Of a stretch of DNA of 64,000 bases, positions 15,108 to 22,773 are shown in pieces. How positions within the stretch are numbered: position 1 is the first letter of the stretch; each line of letters begins with the position of its first letter. The position numbers were made by a program, and so were the translations under genes. Below the pieces are notes generated by a model that searched no databases, was not told the origin of the DNA, and saw only the letters and a list, made by a program, of their open reading frames with translations. Origin of the DNA: a virus; IMG/VR virus record IMGVR_UViG_3300045988_104412; one strand, written 5' to 3'.

Positions 15108-16703
15108 ATGACTAAGATTAAGAATTTTGACGATTATCGTGCGTTGGTAGACGTAGTGAAGATGCACGACTATAGATATTTCGGGCTGAACTGTCCGACC
15201 ATCAGCGACGAGGAATATGATGCTATGTACTTTGCTTTGCAGGAGTACGAAGAGCAGCACGCGGACGAGATATTGCCCGACTCACCTACTCAGCAGTGTT
15301 ACAGTGAGAATGGCAACGGCAAGCGTACCGTGGCACGTCGTACGGCTTGTCTGTCGATGAAGAAGCTGCATGATGCCAAATCGGTGGTGAAATACCTGAG
15401 AGCACAACAGAAAGCTGCCAACATCAACGGCAAGGGCACGGAGGTGGATGTAGAGTGGAAATTCGATGGCGAGACGGTGAGCCTTGTTTATCGTCGCGGG
15501 AGACTCTCGGAGGCCACTTACGGACATGGCAAAGAGCTGTTCGGTATCGACTGCCTGGATCACATGAAGTATGTGAATGGCGTTGAGGGATATGTGGAGC
15601 AATGGAAGGATGAGGACCGTGTGGAGCTGAGAGGCGAGGTGATTATCTCGCTTGAAGAGTTCGCTCGTTATAGCAAGGCAGGTAAGTCGCCAAGATCTAC
15701 AAGCAATGGCATTATGTCGAAGAAAGAGGCTGTGCCGTCGGAGTGCATCCATCTGGAGTTTCATCCCTTCCGCCTAATAGCCGACGGGGTAACATTGCAT
15801 TATTATGCTATGGACGAGTTGGCTTATAGAGGTTTTCTCACTTGTGGTTTCGTGGAGCAGATAGACCTGGGCAAGAGCGACGACGAGTTGACGCAGGACG
15901 TGGAGCGCATAGTATGCACGGCCGAGGTGGAGCGCGAGAAGATGCCCTACCCTACCGACGGACTCGTTTTCAAGTTTGACAATTACGATTATTACGATCG
16001 CTTCGGACAGACCGACCATGACGCAAAGTACAACTGTGCGTTTAAGTTTCGTCCGGTGTTTAAGGCCGTTACCACATATCGCGGTCATCATACCACGGTA
16101 GGCGAAAAGACTGGCAAGGTGACGTATGTTGCCGACTTTGACGAGGTGGAGATGAACGGACACCGTTTTGCACATGCCAACTGCGGAAGCGAGCGCACGT
16201 TCCTTCAGAAGTGTTTGACGCCTGGATGCAAGATTGAAGTCAGTCTGCACGGCGATGTTATTGTTTGCGTGGATAGAAAGATTGAAGACGAACCGGCTAT
16301 TGGTGAGAACCTTATCATTGAGGAAAAGCCTATCATCGAGGAAGAATCTATTGCTATTGACGAGGAGCCTCTTGTTATAGACGAATCGGGAATTGTTCTT
16401 CATCCGGAGCCTCACGTTATAGAGCAGGATATTAATCAGAGCCAGGAGCCGGAAGCAGAGTCGGAACCTACACCCCAGCCGAAGTCGAAGCGCAAGCGTA
16501 ACTATCCGCAGGTAGGTGAGCCGACGCTGCGAGAAGAACGTGAAGACAACACGGCAAGGGAATACAAGAACCTAAGCGTGAAGACGGTATTGGCGAGTGT
16601 ACTGGCAGTGCTGATGGCTGTGTCAACGGGAATGGTGATGTTGGCGTTTGCGGGTGCTGCGGTGTTCTTTATGCCGATGATCGGTGGATTAACGAAGGAA
16701 TAA
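15108..16703 (+). CDS. ligA: NAD-dependent DNA ligase (adenylation + OB core) with acidic linker and C-terminal membrane anchor
   Basis: Domain Ia-like YRYFGLNCPTISDEEYDAMYFALQEYE; KxDG (VEWKFDGETVS); ELRGEVIIS; DGLVFKFD; AFKF; no Zn-finger/HhH/BRCT; C-terminus VLASVLAVLMAVSTGMVMLAFAGAAVFFMPMIGG. Confidence 0.85.
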   Translation: MTKIKNFDDYRALVDVVKMHDYRYFGLNCPTISDEEYDAMYFALQEYEEQHADEILPDSPTQQCYSENGNGKRTVARRTACLSMKKLHDAKSVVKYLRAQQKAANINGKGTEVDVEWKFDGETVSLVYRRGRLSEATYGHGKELFGIDCLDHMKYVNGVEGYVEQWKDEDRVELRGEVIISLEEFARYSKAGKSPRSTSNGIMSKKEAVPSECIHLEFHPFRLIADGVTLHYYAMDELAYRGFLTCGFVEQIDLGKSDDELTQDVERIVCTAEVEREKMPYPTDGLVFKFDNYDYYDRFGQTDHDAKYNCAFKFRPVFKAVTTYRGHHTTVGEKTGKVTYVADFDEVEMNGHRFAHANCGSERTFLQKCLTPGCKIEVSLHGDVIVCVDRKIEDEPAIGENLIIEEKPIIEEESIAIDEEPLVIDESGIVLHPEPHVIEQDINQSQEPEAESEPTPQPKSKRKRNYPQVGEPTLREEREDNTAREYKNLSVKTVLASVLAVLMAVSTGMVMLAFAGAAVFFMPMIGGLTKE

Positions 16704-16742
16704 AATATCGAATGAAACGAATGAGAAGAACTGATTTATCGT

Positions 16743-16770
16743 CATCTGATAAAACAGATTGAACAGATGA
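16743..16770 (+). terminator. hairpin, copy 1 of a duplicated post-gene element
   Basis: TCATCTG-15 nt-CAGATGA; near-identical copy at 17141-17169. Confidence 0.5.
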
Positions 16771-16832
16771 CAGCCTTTCTCATTTGTTTCATTTGATGAC
16801 AATAAAAACCACAACTTTAAATATTAGATATT

Positions 16833-17114
16833 ATGACATACGAAGAAACAAAACAATATGGAGCACATTCCGTTATCTATACTACTTTTTATGGATGCGG
16901 TCATTATATTGTGAACGACCGTGAGAAGAACGACGTGACAGACAACGAGTTTTTCACTGAGCAAGAAGCTCAACAGCGTATTGAAATTTTGAAGCAGCAG
17001 GGATATATCTCTGATGAAGAATATCAGAAGTCTCCTCGTTCAAATACTAATACTTATGAGTTATGGTCGGATGCAGACGAGTATCTTGATGATTTGATTG
17101 CGGAAGAACACTAA
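16833..17114 (+). CDS. hypothetical acidic protein
   Basis: 93-aa ORF. Confidence 0.55.
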   Translation: MTYEETKQYGAHSVIYTTFYGCGHYIVNDREKNDVTDNEFFTEQEAQQRIEILKQQGYISDEEYQKSPRSNTNTYELWSDADEYLDDLIAEEH

Positions 17115-17140
17115 ACGGCGTATGAACTGTTTTATCATCA

Positions 17141-17169
17141 TCATCTGATGAAACGGATTGAACAGATGA
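17141..17169 (+). terminator. hairpin, copy 2 of the duplicated post-gene element
   Basis: TCATCTG-15 nt-CAGATGA. Confidence 0.5.
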
Positions 17170-17346
17170 CAGTCTGTTTCATTGTTTTCGTTCGACGGAA
17201 ACTAAAATCCGTTGAATCGGTTGAATCCGATGTCAAAGAAAGGTCGGGCTCATCCGTTTCTTCTGATGACTGGCGTGTGGACATAATTGTAAATGACGAA
17301 TGGGACTGATAACGAAGAGAGTGGTTTTACACAATTACACAAAAAA

Positions 17347-17476
17347 CATAAAGCCACAAACACATAAAACCACAAATCCACATTTGTGGTTTCTCATAAA
17401 CACACAAACACATCCACACATAAATGCACAAACGCATAAATTCATAAACGCATACATAAATCAATCAACACATAAA
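17347..17476 (+). repeat. eight CATAAA motifs in a nearly G-free A/C-rich tract (candidate centromere/parS-like site)
   Basis: CATAAA starts at 17347, 17363, 17395, 17419, 17435, 17443, 17455, 17471; inverted repeat CCACAAAT-ccac-ATTTGTGG at 17370-17389; immediately upstream of parA. Confidence 0.5.
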
Positions 17477-17576
17477 GCAATAAACAAATAAATCAATATA
17501 TATATAAATACATACATCAAGAAAGAAATCAACAAACAAACAAATCAATAAACAAACAAATAAATGTACATGGATG

Positions 17577-17612
17577 TTTGTTTATTTCAATTATAATTCT
17601 TAAATTTGCAAC
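17577..17612 (+). promoter_or_regulatory. conserved 36-nt promoter cassette, copy 1 (TTTG -33, TAAATTTG -7)
   Basis: TTTGTTTATTTCAATTATAATTCTTAAATTTGCAAC; near-identical copies at 23532-23566 and 50879-50913. Confidence 0.65.
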
Positions 17613-17676
17613 GTATTACAGATTATACGTGTTCTGTATACTTGGATAGTATCATCAATTTTTAACTTTACAGAAG

Positions 17677-18543
17677 ATGGAAAGACTTAGAGAAGTGCTT
17701 GCCTTTGTAAATCACAAAGGCGGCGTAGGAAAAACAACAACGGTGCAGAGTTTAGCGACTGGCTTGCGCCGTTTTGGTAAAGGAAAATTCGGAGTGGGTG
17801 CCGATGGACGCAAACGCTTGCCGCGTGTGCTCATTATCGACCTTGACCCGCAGGCGTGTGCCTCGTTCCTCTTCGGATGGAGCGAGATTCAGAACGTAGG
17901 CAAGCCTACCGTTTACGACGCATTGGTACAGCAAAGCAATTTGCCCATTTATCAGGTACGTGAGGGTATTTACCTCGCGCCAGCTGCTGCGCAGCTCATA
18001 TCCATTGAACCGTTCCTTAATCAGCGTGCTTTGCCTCGCAAAGCTCTTTGTAAATTGCTCGCCAAGCCACTGAACGAGCTGGCAGGCACCGAGCTGGCAG
18101 ACGAAGGCGTGAACACCGTCACGGATGCTTTCGACTACGTGCTTATAGATTGTCCTCCGGCTATGTCGCTGCTTACATATAATGCTCTCACAGCTGCTAC
18201 GAGTGTAGTGCTGCCCGTTCAACTCGAAGTGTTGGCAACAAAAGGTATTGCCGAAATCATCAACGCCATCAAGGAAACACGTGAGGATCTTAATCCCGAC
18301 CTTGACATTCGTGGCTTGCTGATGGTAATGAGCAACGACCAGACCAACGCCACAAAGGAGTTCAAGGAATACCTTGGCGAAAAGTATCAGGACTATATGT
18401 TTGACGCTTATACGCGCCGCGACACGAAGATGGTCGAAGCGCAGGCTATGCGAGAAGACATCTTTGCTTATGCACCGTATTGCAGGGTAGGGCAGGACTA
18501 TGAGCGTTTTACCAAGGAGATAATCAACAGTTTCACTTTTTAA
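17677..18543 (+). CDS. parA: ParA/Soj-type partition ATPase
   Basis: Deviant Walker A NHKGGVGKTTT, IIDLDPQ, LIDCPP motifs. Confidence 0.9.
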   Translation: MERLREVLAFVNHKGGVGKTTTVQSLATGLRRFGKGKFGVGADGRKRLPRVLIIDLDPQACASFLFGWSEIQNVGKPTVYDALVQQSNLPIYQVREGIYLAPAAAQLISIEPFLNQRALPRKALCKLLAKPLNELAGTELADEGVNTVTDAFDYVLIDCPPAMSLLTYNALTAATSVVLPVQLEVLATKGIAEIINAIKETREDLNPDLDIRGLLMVMSNDQTNATKEFKEYLGEKYQDYMFDAYTRRDTKMVEAQAMREDIFAYAPYCRVGQDYERFTKEIINSFTF

Positions 18544-18554
18544 TATTATAGGGT

Positions 18555-19010
18555 ATGGCAAGAGAAATGACGAAGAAGACGAGACGCTTCAGTCTTGAGG
18601 AGTCTGACGCTATCGAGGAGAACGAGCGCATATTGGAATCCGGCAGTAAGCAGCGTAAGGAGAACAGGGAAAACAAGGGGAGTGGAGAAGCGGCAGTAAG
18701 TGCTGCCACTGCTTCGTCCGCAGAAGTTCCGGCGACTGAAAAGCCGACTGTTTCTACAACAACGTCTGAGACTGAGACATCGACAACTACAACCCCTGTA
18801 GCAGATCAGCCGGCAACCATATCATTCAGCAACGATATTGCTGTGAACATGCGTAAGCCGAAGGGCAAGAAGACCGAGAATGGCATCACCATATACGTGC
18901 CGATGGAGTATTACGAGCGTATCGCCTTGATGAAAATGCGCACTGGCGTGCCTATCAAGGATTTGGCGCTACAGGCTGTGATTGAGTTCCTGGACAGAAA
19001 CAAAATGTAA
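18555..19010 (+). CDS. ribbon-helix-helix protein, ParG-like centromere-binding candidate
   Basis: Follows parA by 11 nt; disordered S/T-rich N-terminal part; C-terminus ITIYVPMEYYERIALMKMRTGVPIKDLALQAVIEFL fits strand-helix-helix. Confidence 0.55.
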   Translation: MAREMTKKTRRFSLEESDAIEENERILESGSKQRKENRENKGSGEAAVSAATASSAEVPATEKPTVSTTTSETETSTTTTPVADQPATISFSNDIAVNMRKPKGKKTENGITIYVPMEYYERIALMKMRTGVPIKDLALQAVIEFLDRNKM

Positions 19011-19024
19011 TAGACTAATTTCTT

Positions 19025-19582
19025 ATGAAGAAGATTATATCAGTTTTGTTTGCGCTCTGCCTGTGTATGGTAGCAAGCGCACAGCAGCATTTGAAGTTTA
19101 TGGGCATACCGTTAGACGGAACGGTGGACAACTTCGCCTTGAAGCTGAAGGCTAAGGGCGTTACATACGATGCAGCGAAGTCGAAGACAGCAGGACCAGG
19201 TAACAGGGTATTTAACGGTACGTTTGTAGGGGAGGATGCTGAGATTGTGGTGTTCTATAATAACAAAAGTAAAATAGTGTATGGTGCTGCTGTCGAATTA
19301 CAATATTCTACAGTCGAGACTGCTCATACTCCCTTTGTAAACTTAACTGAGCAGTTGCAGCAGAAATACCCTAATGCGAAATACAGAGCAAATAGAGATT
19401 CAGATGGTGACGCAAACGGAGTGGCATTTGATATTCCCGATAAAACAGGAACAAAAAGAATTGGCGTTATTCTCCAAACATTGAACGTGTCCGATTCAGG
19501 GTATGGCTGTTCTATATGGCTCATGTATACTGACATAGACAATTTTCAAAAAAATGACACTATAAATAACGAGGACTTGTAA
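19025..19582 (+). CDS. secreted protein (SPI signal)
   Basis: MKKIISVLFALCLCMVASAQQ signal peptide. Confidence 0.6.
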   Translation: MKKIISVLFALCLCMVASAQQHLKFMGIPLDGTVDNFALKLKAKGVTYDAAKSKTAGPGNRVFNGTFVGEDAEIVVFYNNKSKIVYGAAVELQYSTVETAHTPFVNLTEQLQQKYPNAKYRANRDSDGDANGVAFDIPDKTGTKRIGVILQTLNVSDSGYGCSIWLMYTDIDNFQKNDTINNEDL

Positions 19583-19618
19583 TGTGTAAGGTAAAATCCT
19601 ACTAAAGTTTTTTACCTT

Positions 19619-19689
19619 GGTGAAAAGGTCATAATGTTTTTTACCTTAAAAGGGATTAGGAGGTGAAAAGGTCATAATGTTTTTTACCT
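19619..19689 (+). repeat. two direct 28-bp iterons GGTGAAAAGGTCATAATGTTTTTTACCT
   Basis: Identical copies at 19619-19646 and 19662-19689. Confidence 0.9.
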
Positions 19690-19790
19690 ATTATTTAAAA
19701 TAAACATAATAAAATACTTTGTTTGTTTTATTTAGGGAAGACAAAAAATGCACTTATACTCCTATATATTAAGCAATTAGAAAGATTGCG

Positions 19791-19853
19791 AGGTAAAAAA
19801 CATTATGACCAAATACCCCTAAAAAGGGTGGTTGAGGTAAAAAACATTATGAC
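19791..19853 (-). repeat. two inverted-orientation copies of the iteron core (AGGTAAAAAACATTATGAC)
   Basis: 19791-19810 and 19835-19853; flank an AT-rich stretch just upstream of the rep-like gene. Confidence 0.9.
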
Positions 19854-19885
19854 TTCTTTACCAAAATCACGTAAAAGCATCTATT

Positions 19886-21097
19886 ATGGAAAGAGAAAAA
19901 CATCTACCGCAACAATATATCAGTACCCCTTTTGCTTACACAAAGTTCTCCAAGAACCTGTCATTGCTTCAGCAAACGGTATTGACTAAGGTCAGCGAAC
20001 ACCTACAGGGTTATGTGCGTCATTTCTTTGGAAGTAACTTACGAAATGACCCGAAGGTGCCGCGTCCTCTTTTTTCTGAAGCAGAAAAGAACAACGGTAT
20101 GCCGGAGTTTGTTATGTCGTATGCTGAGTTAGGTGTGGATATAGCCAACTATAATGTAGCGCGTGCAGCCGTCCAGGAAGTTCTAAACCTAACCGTTGAT
20201 GCTCCCAGTGAGGACAGCGACGGCAAGGCTTCCGTCAAGGCTTTTAATATCTTCACGCACGCCAATATTTCTTTTGAAGGTGGTACAGGCGTGTCTTTCA
20301 GGCTGAATCCCGAGGTCGTGGACTATGTGTTTGACATGAGTCAGGGGTATGTGCGCCATCCTGCTGATATAGCACGAATAGGACAGATTGAACGTATGCC
20401 CATGATGTATTATTATCTGCATAAGAAATCAGAGCACTGGAAGCATCGGAGTGTACGCTTGACGGTATTAGAAATAAAGACATATTTGGGTATGCTGGGC
20501 AATATTACCGAAGGCACAGACGAAAGGTCTGGACGACCACGAAAAGACGGAAAAGAGAAGAAAGAGGCTTATCCTAAGTTCTCTCAGTTTAAGAAGAATG
20601 TCATTGAGACAAGCATCAACGACATTAATCGCTTGCGAAAAGACGGATTGCTTGATGTTTGTGTGTCGTATGAACCTATCTATAACGGCAAGCGCAAAGT
20701 TGGTAATCCTGCATATATAGAGTTTACAATCTATGACACCATCGGGCAAATGCAACAAGCAGTACAAAAAAGACAACAGCTCAATCTCTTTGCTGATGTC
20801 GAGGAGTTGAAGCCGAAGCCAGGTGAAAAGGAGTGGCAGAAACTTTTGACCATGCTTGACGGCGAAGCAGGCGAGTGGCTGGGTAGTGAGATGTCGGACC
20901 TGTTGAAAAAAATGACGCTTGATAAATATGACGGCAAGACTGTCCGGATTATTGCGACTCAGAAACAGGTGGCAGACATGGAGAATTTGCTGGGTAATAA
21001 TGTACTAAAAAATAAATTTAGCCAATTACTTGGTCATTGTTTTAAAGGCGACAAACGTAAAAAGGTTTGTTTGGATTATAATAAAATTAATAAATAG
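19886..21097 (+). CDS. plasmid-type replication initiator (Rep_3/RepB-like)
   Basis: Iterons directly upstream; N-terminal FSKNLSLLQQTVLTKVSEHL, central LTVLEIKTYLGM, YPKFSQFKKNVIETSINDINR resemble Rep_3 winged-helix consensus as recalled; not searched. Confidence 0.6.
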   Translation: MEREKHLPQQYISTPFAYTKFSKNLSLLQQTVLTKVSEHLQGYVRHFFGSNLRNDPKVPRPLFSEAEKNNGMPEFVMSYAELGVDIANYNVARAAVQEVLNLTVDAPSEDSDGKASVKAFNIFTHANISFEGGTGVSFRLNPEVVDYVFDMSQGYVRHPADIARIGQIERMPMMYYYLHKKSEHWKHRSVRLTVLEIKTYLGMLGNITEGTDERSGRPRKDGKEKKEAYPKFSQFKKNVIETSINDINRLRKDGLLDVCVSYEPIYNGKRKVGNPAYIEFTIYDTIGQMQQAVQKRQQLNLFADVEELKPKPGEKEWQKLLTMLDGEAGEWLGSEMSDLLKKMTLDKYDGKTVRIIATQKQVADMENLLGNNVLKNKFSQLLGHCFKGDKRKKVCLDYNKINK

Positions 21098-21102
21098 TTT
21101 TA

Positions 21103-21134
21103 CACCGCTTACCCTTCCCATGGGGTAGGCGGTG
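21103..21134 (+). terminator. intrinsic terminator
   Basis: CACCGCTTACCC-ttcccatg-GGGTAGGCGGTG followed by TTTTT. Confidence 0.7.
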
Positions 21135-21204
21135 TTTTTAGTATGTCCTGGTGATGTCTGCGACTTTTTCTAATTTTGTAGGTAGAAACCAACAGAACAT
21201 ATAT

Positions 21205-21786
21205 ATGGGAAGAATCAGAAACATCATGTTATGGCTTATGACCGTAATCACGCTTTTTGGCTGTGCGGCTTCGCGTAAGACGATGACCGGCAGCCACGAA
21301 GAACGACGAGATAGCTCGGTGGTTGCTGTCACGGATAGTATGACAAAATCGGAGGTAGAGACGGACAGCACGGTACGTTTCGCCACGGACGAGAGTTATG
21401 CGTCCGGCTCTATGAGCGAGAAGGGTAGGGGAGAAGAGACCATTCAAGAACGAGTGACAGAGAGCACGGATGCTCAAGGTAACAAGACCACCACCACCAA
21501 TCGCACGATACACCGCAAGGGCGACTATGAGCGCAGCAGCTCGTATGAGCAACACTTAAAGCATCTTGAGGCGACTATATCACGGATGCAGCACACAATC
21601 GACAGTCTTGTGTTGAGTAATAAACTGAACGTTGGCACCCACTGGGCGAAGAAGGACAGCACGAATGTGGTGAAGGAGAAGAATACGAATGATATAAAGT
21701 CAACATCGACTTCTAATCTAATCACACTCTTTTTATTCTGGATAGCTGCTGTTGGAATTTGTTCATGGCTTTACAATAAACGATAG
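21205..21786 (+). CDS. lipoprotein with C-terminal membrane helix
   Basis: MGRIRNIMLWLMTVITLFGC lipobox; C-terminal LITLFLFWIAAVGICSWLY. Confidence 0.55.
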   Translation: MGRIRNIMLWLMTVITLFGCAASRKTMTGSHEERRDSSVVAVTDSMTKSEVETDSTVRFATDESYASGSMSEKGRGEETIQERVTESTDAQGNKTTTTNRTIHRKGDYERSSSYEQHLKHLEATISRMQHTIDSLVLSNKLNVGTHWAKKDSTNVVKEKNTNDIKSTSTSNLITLFLFWIAAVGICSWLYNKR

Positions 21787-21791
21787 AAGGT

Positions 21792-22085
21792 ATGAGTAGA
21801 AAGAAACAAGACCTAATAGAAGTCACAACGCAGCCGGAAGTAACGCTTCAGGACTTTGTTATTCCTGCTAAGATTCAGGCGTTCTGCGACAAATACAAAC
21901 CGCTGAGCCATTGGCGCGAAGACTGCGATGTGTTCACCGACTATCAGCTGCGCACGTACTTTAAGGCCGTAGTTTGTCCGCTTGGCGATCCGCTGGCTAT
22001 CTATCTGCAGGAGTTGTCGGAGAGAGGCTTTAAGATGAAGGATGACGAGTGTGGCGAGCCCGTCATTTACGCAGCGCTCCGATGA
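21792..22085 (+). CDS. hypothetical protein
   Basis: 97-aa ORF. Confidence 0.5.
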   Translation: MSRKKQDLIEVTTQPEVTLQDFVIPAKIQAFCDKYKPLSHWREDCDVFTDYQLRTYFKAVVCPLGDPLAIYLQELSERGFKMKDDECGEPVIYAALR

Positions 22086-22131
22086 GCGTTGTCAATTAAC
22101 AACTAATAATTAATAATTAAAAAATATAGGG

Positions 22132-22656
22132 ATGAAGAAACCGCATTATTTCTACAAGGTGTCGGCAACCTCAGATGTTGGCCGCGAAATTCAGAATTAC
22201 ATGAACAGATGTCAGGACGCCGAACAACAGGCTCTTGAATGGGCAAAAAAGCATGGCGCAGAACACTATTACGAGTCGCCTGACGGCATGGCGGGTGGAG
22301 TAGGCGCAGTGGAATTTGCCGACTCCTCCGAACGAGACGGGTGGGACAAGGAAGTTTCGCCCGATGGTCGCGTATTCTTTTTCCCGATGGCTGGAACCGA
22401 CTTAGAAAAAGAGATGAATGCGCTACCCGTTGTAAGTGAAGCCGAACTGATCAGCATCTTTAGTTTGCAGCCGAAGCGCACAAAAAACAACCTCCCCCTG
22501 CCGATGACCTTTGGTGATAGCACGCCCGTTGTTTTTCTCCATCAAGGTTTCTGGTATGCCGACGTGCCGTATGTGAGTGCAGATATGACGCTTACGCAGA
22601 TAGAAGAGAAGGAGTTTTATCGTCGTAGAATGGCGGCTATAAATGAACAGAAATAA
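22132..22656 (+). CDS. hypothetical protein
   Basis: 174-aa ORF. Confidence 0.55.
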   Translation: MKKPHYFYKVSATSDVGREIQNYMNRCQDAEQQALEWAKKHGAEHYYESPDGMAGGVGAVEFADSSERDGWDKEVSPDGRVFFFPMAGTDLEKEMNALPVVSEAELISIFSLQPKRTKNNLPLPMTFGDSTPVVFLHQGFWYADVPYVSADMTLTQIEEKEFYRRRMAAINEQK

Positions 22657-22729
22657 GCAGTAAGTAGTTTAATAGTTAATAGGTGGTTAATAACTTTAAG
22701 TTAGTTTTTTAGGTTTAAGTTAGTTTTGT

Positions 22730-22759
22730 GCGTTACCCGTCCGTGAGGATAGGTAACGC
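22730..22759. terminator. bidirectional hairpin with GTGA tetraloop between convergent genes
   Basis: GCGTTACC...TCC-GTGA-GGA...GGTAACGC followed by TTTT. Confidence 0.65.
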
Positions 22760-22773
22760 TTTTGTTTTCTACC

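Noticed and set aside
17300-17491. 63-aa ORF rich in H, K, T and N
   Set aside because: It is a translation of the G-free A/C repeat tract upstream of parA.
17752-18561. 269-aa minus-strand ORF
   Set aside because: It is fully antisense to the well-supported parA gene. The same reasoning applies to long antisense ORFs inside ligA (15282-15764, 15774-16415), the primase-helicase (25303-26010 and others), rep, the tape-measure gene and the capsid gene (59877-60701).
19723-19989. 88-aa ORF upstream of and overlapping the rep start
   Set aside because: It runs through the iterons and AT-rich origin core, and the rep ATG at 19886 has the better context.
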